Source: Auanema rhodensis
Lineage: Eukaryota > Animalia > Nematoda
Assembly: GCA_964057225.1 (NCBI GenBank)
Contig: OZ059898.1
Span: 18,724,001-18,788,000, forward strand
Direction: 5' to 3'
Length of the DNA stretch: 64,000 nt
The position numbers were made by a program, and so were the translations under genes. Shown piece by piece: positions 1-12,500 of the stretch (positions within the stretch are counted from its first letter, which is position 1; the number at the start of each line of letters is the position of its first letter). Under the pieces are notes generated by a model. That model had not been told where the DNA came from. It saw only the letters and a program-made list of their open reading frames with translations, and did no database searches.

Positions 1-543
1 CAAAATTAGATTTCGCATGTCCATATTAGTCTAAAAACAAATTTTTATTGATATTGGTGCATGGTAACCATGACTTTGAAATTTACGTGAACTTTAATTT
101 ATGCTAATTAAGTGTACACGTGATGTGCACTTGGTATGTAACTCGCTTCACGTGAAAGATGAAGAGATGCGGTTTTCAAAATTAGGTTCCCCATGTCCAT
201 ATCAGTCTAAAAACAAATTTTTATTGATATTGGTGCATGGCAACCATGACTTTAAAATTTACGTGTACTTTAATTTATGCTAATTAAGTGTACACATGAT
301 GTGCACTTGGTATGTAACTCGCTTCACGAGAAAGATAAAAAGGTGCGGTTTTCAAAATTAGATTCCCCATGTCCATATTGGTCTAAAAACAAATTTTTAT
401 TAATATTGGTGCATGGTAACCATGACTTTGAAATTTACGTGAACTTTAATTTATGCTAATTAAGTGTACACGTGATGTGCACTTGGTATGTAACTCGCTT
501 CACGTGAAAGATAAAGAGATGCGGTTTTCAAAATTAGATTCCC

Positions 544-3500
544 CATGTCCATATTAGTCTAAAAACAAATTTTTATTGATATTGGTGCATGGCAACCATG
601 ACTTTGAAATTTACGTGTACTTTAATTTATGCTAATTAAGTGTACACATGATGTGCACTTGGTATGTAACTCGCTTCACGAGAAAGATAAAAAGGTGCGG
701 TTTTCAAATTTAGATTTCGCGTGTCCATATTAGTCTAAAAACAAATTTTTATTGATATTGGTGCATGGTAACCATGACTTTGAAATTTACGTGAACTTTA
801 ATTTATGCTAATTAAGTGTACACGTGATGTGCACTTGGTATGTAACTCGCTTCACGTGAAAGATAAAGAGATGCGGTTTTCAAAATTAGATTCCGCATGT
901 CCATATTAGTCTAAAAACAAATTTTTATTGATATTGGTGCATGGTAACCATGACTTTGAAATTTACGTGAACTTTAATTTATGCTAATTAAGTGTACACG
1001 TGATGTGCACTTGGAAAGTAACTCGCTTCACGTGAAAGATAAAGAGATGCGGTTTTCAAAATTAGATTCCCCATGTCCATATTAGTCTAAAAACAAATTT
1101 TTATTGATATTGGTGCATGGTAACCATGACTTTGAAATTTACGTGAACTTTAATTTATGCTAATTAAGTGTACACATGATGTGCACTTGGTATGTAACTC
1201 GCTTCACGAGAAAGATAAAAAGATGCGGTTTTCAAATTTAGATTTCGCGTGTCCATATTAGTCTAAAAACAAATTTTTATTGATATTGGTGCATGGTAAC
1301 CATGACTTTGAAATTTACGTGAACTTTAATTTATGCTAATTAAGTGTACACGTGATGTGCACTTGGTATGTAACTCGCTTCACGTGAAAGATAAAGAGAT
1401 GCGGTTTTCAAAATTAGATTCCTCATGTTCATATTAGTCTAAAAACGAATTTTTATTGATATTGATGCATGGTAACCATGACTTTAAAATTTACGTGAAC
1501 TTTAATTTATGCTAATTAAGTGTACACATGATGTGCACTTGGTATGTAACTCGCTTCACGTCAAAGATAAAGAGATGCGGTTTTCAAAATTAGATTCCCC
1601 ATGTCCATATTAGTCTAAAAACAATTTTTTATCGATATTGGTGCATGGTAACCATGACTTTGAAATTTACGTGAACTTTAATTTATGCTAATTAAGTGTA
1701 CACATGATGTGCATTTGGTATGTAACTCGCTTCACGTGAAAGATAAAGAGATGCGGTTTTCAAAATTAGATTCCGCATGTCCATATTAGTCTAAAAACAA
1801 ATTTTTATTGATATTGGTGCATGGCAACCATGACTTTAAAATTTAGGTGTACTTTAATTTATGCTAATTAAGTGTACACGTGATGTGCACTTGGTATGTA
1901 ACTCGCTTCATGTGAAAGATAAAGAGATGCGGTTTTCAAAATTAGATTCCTCATGTTCATATTAGTCTAAAAACGAATTTTTATTGATATTGATGCATGG
2001 TAACCATGACTTTAAAATTTACGTGAACTTTAATTTATGCTAATTAAGTGTACACATGATGTGCACTTGGTATGTAACTCGCTTCACGTCAAAGATAAAG
2101 AGATGCGGTTTTCAAAATTAGATTCCCCATGTCCAAATTAGTCTAAAAACAAATTTTTATCGATATTGGTGCATGGTAACCATGACTTTGAAATTTACGT
2201 GAACTTTAATTTATGCTAATTAAGTGTACACATGATGTGCATTTGGTATGTAACTCGCTTCACGTGAAAGATAAAGAGATGCGGTTTTCAAAATTAGATT
2301 CCGCATGTCCATATTAGTCTAAAAACAAATTTTTATTGATATTGGTGCATGGCAACCATGACTTTAAAATTTAGGTGTACTTTAATTTATGCTAATTAAG
2401 TGTACACGTGATGTGCACTTGGTATGTAACTCGCTTCATGTGAAAGATAAAGAGATGCGGTTTTCAAAATTAGATTCCGCATGTCCATATTAGTCTAAAA
2501 ACAAATTTTTATTAATATTGGTGCATGGTAACCATGACTTTGAAATTTACGTGAACTTTAATTTATGCTTATTAAGTGTACACGTGATGTGCACTTGGTA
2601 TGTAACTCGCTTCACGTGAAAGATAAAGGGATGCGGTTTTCAAAATTAGATTCCCCATGTCCATATTAGTCTAAAAACAAATTATTATTGATATTGGTGC
2701 ATGGCAACCATGACTTTAAATTCTACGTGTACTTTAATTTATGCTAATTAAGTGTACACATGATGTGCACTTGGTATGTAACTCGCTTCACGTGAAACAT
2801 AAAGGGATGCGGTTTTCAAAATTAGATTCCCCATGTCCATATTAGTCTAAAAACAAATTATTATTGATATTGGTGCATGGTAACCATGACTTTAAAATTA
2901 ACGTGAACTTTAATTTATGCTAATTAAGTGTACACATGATGTGCACTTGGTATGTAACTCGCTTCACGTCAAAGATAAACAGATGCGGTTTTCAAAATTA
3001 GATTCCCCATGTCCATATTAGTCTAAAAACAAATTTTTATTGATATTGGTGCATGGTAACCATGACTTTGAAATTTACGTGAAATTTAATTTATGCTAAT
3101 TAAGTGTACACATGATGTGCACTTGGTATGTAACTCGCTTCACGTGAAAGATAAAGAGATGCGGTTTTCAAAATTAGATTCCGCATGTCCATATTAGTCT
3201 AAAAACAAATTTTTATTGTTATTGGTGCATGGTAACCATGACTTTGAAATTTACGTGAACTTTAATTTATGCTAATTAAGTGTACACGTGATGTGCACTT
3301 GGTATGTAACTCGCTTCACGTGAAAGATAAAGAGATGCGGTTTTCAAAATTAGATTCCCCATGTCCATATTAGTCTAAAAACAAATTTTTATTGATATTG
3401 GTGCATGGCAACCATGACTTTGAAATTTACGTGTACTTTAATTTATGCTAATTAAGTGTACACATGATGTGCACTTGGTATGTAACTCGCTTCACGAGAA

Positions 3501-6500
3501 AGATAAAAAGGTGCGGTTTTCAAATTTAGATTTCGCGTGTCCATATTAGTCTAAAAACAAATTTTTATTGATATTGGTGCATGGTAACCATGACTTTGAA
3601 ATTTACGTGAACTTTAATTTATGCTAATTAAGTGTACACGTGATGTGCACTTGGAATGTAACTCGCTTCACGTGAAAGATAAAGAGATGCGGTTTTCAAA
3701 ATTAGATTCCCCATGTCCATATTAGTCTAAAAACAAATTTTTATTGATATTGGTGCATGGTAACCATGACTTTGAAATTTACGTGAACTTTAATTTATGC
3801 TAATTAAGTGTACACGTGATGTGCAGTTGGTATGTAACTCGCTTCACGAGAAAGATAAAAAGGTGCGGTTTTCAAATTTAGATTTCGCGTGTCCATATTA
3901 GTCTAAAAACAAATTTTTATTGATATTGGTGCATGGTAACCATGACTTTGAAATTTACGTGAACTTTAATTTATGCTAATTAAGTGTACACGTGATGTGC
4001 ACTTGGTATGTAACTCGCTTCACGAGAAAGATAAAGAGATGCGGTTTTCAAAATTAGATTCCCCATGTCCATATTATTCTAAAAACAAATTTTTATTGAT
4101 ATTGGTGCATGGTAACCATGACTTTGAAATTTACGTGAACTTTAATTTATGCTAATTAAGTGTACACGTGATGTGCACTTGGTATGTAACTCGCTTCACG
4201 AGAAAGATAAAAAGGTGCGGTTTTCAAATTTAGATTTCGCGTGTCCATATTAGTCTAAAAACAAATTTTTATTGATATTGGTGCATGGTAACCATGACTT
4301 TGAAATTTACGTGAACTTTAATTTATGCTAATTAAGTGTACACGTGATGTGCACTTGGTATGTAACTCGCTTCACGAGAAAGATAAAAAGGTGCGGTTTT
4401 CAAATTTAGATTTCGCGTGTCCATATTAGTCTAAAAACAAATTTTTATTGATATTGGTGCATGGTAACCATGACTTTGAAATTTACGTGAACTTTAATTT
4501 ATGCTAATTAAGTGTACACGTGATGTGCACTTGGTATGTAACTCGCTTCACGAGAAAGATAAAGAGATGCGGTTTTCAAAATTAGATTCCCCATGTCCAT
4601 ATTAGTCTAAAAACAAATTTTTATTGATATTGGTGCATGGTAACCATGACTTTGAAATTTACGTGAACTTTAATTTATGCTAATTAAGTGTACACGTGAT
4701 GTGCACTTGGTATGTAACTCGCTTCACGTGAAGGATAAAGAGATGCGGTTTTCAAAATTAGATTCCTCATGTTCATATTAGTCTAAAAACGAATTTTTAT
4801 TGATATTGATGCATGGTAACCATGACTTTAAAATTTACGTGAACTTTAATTTATGCTAATTAAGTGTACACATGATGTGCACTTGGTATGTAACTCGCTT
4901 CACGTCAAAGATAAAGAGATGCGGTTTTCAAAATTAGATTCCCCATGTCCATATTAGTCTAAAAACAAATTTTTATCGATATTGGTGCATGGTAACCATG
5001 ACTTTGAAATTTACGTGAACTTTAATTTATGCTAATTAAGTGTACACATGATGTGCATTTGGTATGTAACTCGCTTCATGTGAAAGATAAAGAGATGCGG
5101 TTTTCAAAATTAGATTCCGCATGTCCATATTAGTCTAAAAACAAATTTTTATTAATATTGGTGCATGGTAACCATGACTTTGAAATTTACGTGAACTTTA
5201 ATTTATGCTTATTAAGTGTACACGTGATGTGCACTTGGTATGTAACTCGCTTCACGTGAAAGATAAAGGGATGCGGTTTTCAAAATTAGATTCCCCATGT
5301 CCATATTAGTCTAAAAACAAATTATTATTGATATTGGTGCATGGCAACCATGACTTTAAAATCTACGTGTACTTTAATTTATGCTAATTAAGTGTACACA
5401 TGATGTGCACTTGGTATGTAACTCGCTTCACGTGAAACATAAAGGGATGCGGTTTTCAAAATTAGATTCCCCATGTCCATATTAGTCTAAAAACAAATTA
5501 TTATTGATATTGGTGCATGGTAACCATGACTTTAAAATTAACGTGAACTTTAATTTATGCTAATTAAGTGTACACATGATGTGCACTTGGTATGTAACTC
5601 GCTTCACGTCAAAGATAAACAGATGCGGTTTTCAAAATTAGATTCCCCATGTCCATATTAGTCTAAAAACAAATTTTTATTGATATTGGTGCATGGTAAC
5701 CATGACTTTGAAATTTACGTGAAATTTAATTTATGCTAATTAAGTGTACACATGATGTGCACTTGGTATGTAACTCGCTTCACGTGAAAGATAAAGAGAT
5801 GCGGTTTTCAAAATTAGATTCCGCATGTCCATATTAGTCTAAAAACAAATTTTTATTGTTATTGGTGCATGGTAACCATGACTTTGAAATTTACGTGAAC
5901 TTTAATTTATGCTAATTAAGTGTACACATGATGTGCACTTGGTATGTAACTCGCTTCACGTGAAACATAAAGGGATGCGGTTTTCAAAATTAGATTCCCC
6001 ATGTCCATATTAGTCTAAAAACAAATTTTTATTGATATTGGTGCATGGCAACCATGACTTTGAAATTCACGTGTACTTTAATTTATGCTAATTAAGTGTA
6101 CACATGATGTGCACTTGGTATGTAACTCGCTTCACGAGAAAGATAAAAAGGTGCGGTTTTCAAATTTAGATTTCGCGTGTCCATATTAGTCTAAAAACAA
6201 ATTTTTATTGATATTGGTGCATGGTAACCATGACTTTGAAATTTACGTGAACTTTAATTTATGCTAATTAAGTGTACACGTGATGTGCACTTGGTATGTA
6301 ACTCGCTTCACGTGAAAGATAAAGAGATGCGGTTTTCAAAATTAGATTCCGCATGTCCATATTAGTCTAAAAACAAATTTTTATTGATATTGGTGCATGG
6401 TAACCATGACTTTGAAATTTACGTGAACTTTAATTTATGCTAATTAAGTGTACACGTGATGTGCACTTGGAATGTAACTCGCTTCACGTGAAAGATAAAG

Positions 6501-9500
6501 AGATGCGGTTTTCAAAATTAGATTCCCCATGTCCATATTAGTCTAAAAACAAATTTTTATTGATATTGGTGCATGGTAACCATGACTTTGAAATTTACGT
6601 GAACTTTAATTTATGCTAATTAAGTGTACACGTGATGTGCACTTGGTATGTAACTCGCTTCACGTGAAAGATAAAGAGATGCGGTTTTCAAAATTAGATT
6701 CCTCATGTTCATATTAGTCTAAAAACGAATTTTTATTGATATTGATGCATGGTAACCATGACTTTAAAATTTACGTGAACTTTAATTTATGCTAATTAAG
6801 TGTACACATGATGTGCACTTGGTATGTAACTCGCTTCACGTCAAAGATAAAGAGATGCGGTTTTCAAAATTAGATTCCCCATGTCCATATTAGTCTAAAA
6901 ACAAATTTTTATTGATATTGGTGCATGGTAACCATGACTTTGAAATTTACGTGAACTTTAATTTATGCTAATTAAGTGTACACATGATGTGCACTTGGTA
7001 TGTAACTCGCTTCACGAGAAAGATAAAAAGATGCGGTTTTCAAATTTAGATTTCGCGTGTCCATATTAGTCTAAAAACAAATTTTTATTGATATTGGTGC
7101 ATGGTAACCATGACTTTGAAATTTACGTGAACTTTAATTTATGCTAATTAAGTGTACACGTGATGTGCACTTGGTATGTAACTCGCTTCACGTGAAAGAT
7201 AAAGAGATGCGGTTTTCACAATTAGATTCCTCATGTTCATATTAGTCTAAAAACAAATTTTTATTAATATTGGTGCATGGTAACCATGACTTTGAAATTT
7301 ACGTGAACTTTAATTTATGCTAATTAAGTGTACACGTGATGTGCACTTGGTATGTAACTCGCTTCATGTGAAAGATAAAGAGATGCGGTTTTCAAAATTA
7401 GATTCCCCATGTCCATATTAGTCTAAAAACAAATTTTTATCGATATTGGTGCATGGTAACCATGACTTTGAAATTTACGTGAACTTTAATTTATGCTAAT
7501 TAAGTGTACACATGATGTGCATTTGGTATGTAACTCGCTTCATGTGAAAGATAAAGAGATGCGGTTTTCAAAATTAGATTCCGCATGTCCATATTAGTCT
7601 AAAAACAAATTTTTATTAATATTGGTGCATGGTAACCATGACTTTGAAATTTACGTGAACTTTAATTTATGCTAATTAAGTGTACACGTGATGTGCACTT
7701 GGTATGTAACTCGCTTCACGTGAAAGATAAAGAGATGCGGTTTTCACAATTAGATTCCTCATGTTCATATTAGTCTAAAAACAAATTTTTATTAATATTG
7801 GTGCATGGTAACCATGACTTTGAAATTTACGTGAACTTTAATTTATGCTAATTAAGTGTACACGTGATGTGCACTTGGTATGTAACTCGCTTCATGTGAA
7901 AGATAAAGAGATGCGGTTTTCAAAATTAGATTCCTCATGTTCATATTAGTCTAAAAACGAATTTTTATTGATATTGATGCATGGTAACCATGACTTTAAA
8001 ATTTACGTGAACTTTAATTTATGCTAATTAAGTGTACACATGATGTGCACTTGGTATGTAACTCGCTTCACGTCAAAGATAAAGAGATGCGGTTTTCAAA
8101 ATTAGATTCCCCATGTCCAAATTAGTCTAAAAACAAATTTTTATCGATATTGGTGCATGGTAACCATGACTTTGAAATTTACGTGAACTTTAATTTATGC
8201 TAATTAAGTGTACACATGATGTGCATTTGGTATGTAACTCGCTTCACGTGAAAGATAAAGAGATGCGGTTTTCAAAATTAGATTCCGCATGTCCATATTA
8301 GTCTAAAAACAAATTTTTATTGATATTGGTGCATGGCAACCATGACTTTAAAATTTAGGTGTACTTTAATTTATGCTAATTAAGTGTACACGTGATGTGC
8401 ACTTGGTATGTAACTCGCTTCATGTGAAAGATAAAGAGATGCGGTTTTCAAAATTAGATTCCGCATGTCCATATTAGTCTAAAAACAAATTTTTATTGAT
8501 ATTGGTGCATGGCAACCATGACTTTGAAATTTACGTGTACTTTAATTTATGCTAATTAAGTGTACACATGATGTGCACTTGGTATGTAACTCGCTTCACG
8601 AGAAAGATAAAAAGGTGCGGTTTTCAAATTTAGATTTCGCGTGTCCATATTAGTCTAAAAACAAATTTTTATTGATATTGGTGCATGGTAACCATGACTT
8701 TGAAATTTACGTGAACTTTAATTTATGCTAATTAAGTGTACACGTGATGTGCACTTGGTATGTAACTCGCTTCACGTGAAAGATAAAGAGATGCGGTTTT
8801 CAAAATTAGATTCCGCATGTCCATATTAGTCTAAAAACAAATTTTTATTGATATTGGTGCATGGTAACCATGACTTTGAAATTTACGTGAACTTTAATTT
8901 ATGCTAATTAAGTGTACACGTGATGTGCACTTGGAAAGTAACTCGCTTCACGTGAAAGATAAAGAGATGCGGTTTTCAAAATTAGATTCCCCATGTCCAT
9001 ATTAGTCTAAAAACAAATTTTTATTGATATTGGTGCATGGTAACCATGACTTTGAAATTTACGTGAACTTTAATTTATGCTAATTAAGTGTACACATGAT
9101 GTGCACTTGGTATGTAACTCGCTTCACGAGAAAGATAAAAAGATGCGGTTTTCAAATTTAGATTTCGCGTGTCCATATTAGTCTAAAAACAAATTTTTAT
9201 TGATATTGGTGCATGGTAACCATGACTTTGAAATTTACGTGAACTTTAATTTATGCTAATTAAGTGTACACGTGATGTGCACTTGGTATGTAACTCGCTT
9301 CACGTGAAAGATAAAGAGATGCGGTTTTCAAAATTAGATTCCTCATGTTCATATTAGTCTAAAAACGAATTTTTATTGATATTGATGCATGGTAACCATG
9401 ACTTTAAAATTTACGTGAACTTTAATTTATGCTAATTAAGTGTACACATGATGTGCACTTGGTATGTAACTCGCTTCACGTCAAAGATAAAGAGATGCGG

Positions 9501-12500
9501 TTTTCAAAATTAGATTCCCCATGTCCATATTAGTCTAAAAACAATTTTTTATCGATATTGGTGCATGGTAACCATGACTTTGAAATTTACGTGAACTTTA
9601 ATTTATGCTAATTAAGTGTACACATGATGTGCATTTGGTATGTAACTCGCTTCACGTGAAAGATAAAGAGATGCGGTTTTCAAAATTAGATTCCGCATGT
9701 CCATATTAGTCTAAAAACAAATTTTTATTGATATTGGTGCATGGCAACCATGACTTTAAAATTTAGGTGTACTTTAATTTATGCTAATTAAGTGTACACG
9801 TGATGTGCACTTGGTATGTAACTCGCTTCATGTGAAAGATAAAGAGATGCGGTTTTCAAAATTAGATTCCTCATGTTCATATTAGTCTAAAAACGAATTT
9901 TTATTGATATTGATGCATGGTAACCATGACTTTAAAATTTACGTGAACTTTAATTTATGCTAATTAAGTGTACACATGATGTGCACTTGGTATGTAACTC
10001 GCTTCACGTCAAAGATAAAGAGATGCGGTTTTCAAAATTAGATTCCCCATGTCCAAATTAGTCTAAAAACAAATTTTTATCGATATTGGTGCATGGTAAC
10101 CATGACTTTGAAATTTACGTGAACTTTAATTTATGCTAATTAAGTGTACACATGATGTGCATTTGGTATGTAACTCGCTTCACGTGAAAGATAAAGAGAT
10201 GCGGTTTTCAAAATTAGATTCCGCATGTCCATATTAGTCTAAAAACAAATTTTTATTGATATTGGTGCATGGCAACCATGACTTTAAAATTTAGGTGTAC
10301 TTTAATTTATGCTAATTAAGTGTACACGTGATGTGCACTTGGTATGTAACTCGCTTCATGTGAAAGATAAAGAGATGCGGTTTTCAAAATTAGATTCCGC
10401 ATGTCCATATTAGTCTAAAAACAAATTTTTATTAATATTGGTGCATGGTAACCATGACTTTGAAATTTACGTGAACTTTAATTTATGCTTATTAAGTGTA
10501 CACGTGATGTGCACTTGGTATGTAACTCGCTTCACGTGAAAGATAAAGGGATGCGGTTTTCAAAATTAGATTCCCCATGTCCATATTAGTCTAAAAACAA
10601 ATTATTATTGATATTGGTGCATGGCAACCATGACTTTAAAATCTACGTGTACTTTAATTTATGCTAATTAAGTGTACACATGATGTGCACTTGGTATGTA
10701 ACTCGCTTCACGTGAAACATAAAGGGATGCGGTTTTCAAAATTAGATTCCCCATGTCCATATTAGTCTAAAAACAAATTATTATTGATATTGGTGCATGG
10801 TAACCATGACTTTAAAATTAACGTGAACTTTAATTTATGCTAATTAAGTGTACACATGATGTGCACTTGGTATGTAACTCGCTTCACGTCAAAGATAAAC
10901 AGATGCGGTTTTCAAAATTAGATTCCCCATGTCCATATTAGTCTAAAAACAAATTTTTATTGATATTGGTGCATGGTAACCATGACTTTGAAATTTACGT
11001 GAAATTTAATTTATGCTAATTAAGTGTACACATGATGTGCACTTGGTATGTAACTCGCTTCACGTGAAAGATAAAGAGATGCGGTTTTCAAAATTAGATT
11101 CCGCATGTCCATATTAGTCTAAAAACAAATTTTTATTGTTATTGGTGCATGGTAACCATGACTTTGAAATTTACGTGAACTTTAATTTATGCTAATTAAG
11201 TGTACACGTGATGTGCACTTGGTATGTAACTCGCTTCACGTGAAAGATAAAGAGATGCGGTTTTCAAAATTAGATTCCCCATGTCCATATTAGTCTAAAA
11301 ACAAATTTTTATTGATATTGGTGCATGGCAACCATGACTTTGAAATTTACGTGTACTTTAATTTATGCTAATTAAGTGTACACATGATGTGCACTTGGTA
11401 TGTAACTCGCTTCACGAGAAAGATAAAAAGGTGCGGTTTTCAAATTTAGATTTCGCGTGTCCATATTAGTCTAAAAACAAATTTTTATTGATATTGGTGC
11501 ATGGTAACCATGACTTTGAAATTTACGTGAACTTTAATTTATGCTAATTAAGTGTACACGTGATGTGCACTTGGAATGTAACTCGCTTCACGTGAAAGAT
11601 AAAGAGATGCGGTTTTCAAAATTAGATTCCCCATGTCCATATTAGTCTAAAAACAAATTTTTATTGATATTGGTGCATGGTAACCATGACTTTGAAATTT
11701 ACGTGAACTTTAATTTATGCTAATTAAGTGTACACGTGATGTGCAGTTGGTATGTAACTCGCTTCACGAGAAAGATAAAAAGGTGCGGTTTTCAAATTTA
11801 GATTTCGCGTGTCCATATTAGTCTAAAAACAAATTTTTATTGATATTGGTGCATGGTAACCATGACTTTGAAATTTACGTGAACTTTAATTTATGCTAAT
11901 TAAGTGTACACGTGATGTGCACTTGGTATGTAACTCGCTTCACGAGAAAGATAAAGAGATGCGGTTTTCAAAATTAGATTCCCCATGTCCATATTATTCT
12001 AAAAACAAATTTTTATTGATATTGGTGCATGGTAACCATGACTTTGAAATTTACGTGAACTTTAATTTATGCTAATTAAGTGTACACGTGATGTGCACTT
12101 GGTATGTAACTCGCTTCACGAGAAAGATAAAAAGGTGCGGTTTTCAAATTTAGATTTCGCGTGTCCATATTAGTCTAAAAACAAATTTTTATTGATATTG
12201 GTGCATGGTAACCATGACTTTGAAATTTACGTGAACTTTAATTTATGCTAATTAAGTGTACACGTGATGTGCACTTGGTATGTAACTCGCTTCACGAGAA
12301 AGATAAAAAGGTGCGGTTTTCAAATTTAGATTTCGCGTGTCCATATTAGTCTAAAAACAAATTTTTATTGATATTGGTGCATGGTAACCATGACTTTGAA
12401 ATTTACGTGAACTTTAATTTATGCTAATTAAGTGTACACGTGATGTGCACTTGGTATGTAACTCGCTTCACGAGAAAGATAAAGAGATGCGGTTTTCAAA

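Noticed and set aside
1-176. Tandem 5S rRNA, tRNA, snRNA or spliced-leader gene array, or MITE array
   Set aside because: No recognisable RNA gene motifs, Pol III boxes, terminal inverted repeats or target-site duplications were seen on either strand.
101-459. Two 60-aa ORFs (101-283, 277-459)
   Set aside because: They are satellite monomers in which the usual in-frame TAG (monomer positions 27-29) is mutated to CAG (203) or TGG (379). About 358 of 363 monomers keep the stop, 176 is not a multiple of 3, and the peptide resembles no family I recognise.
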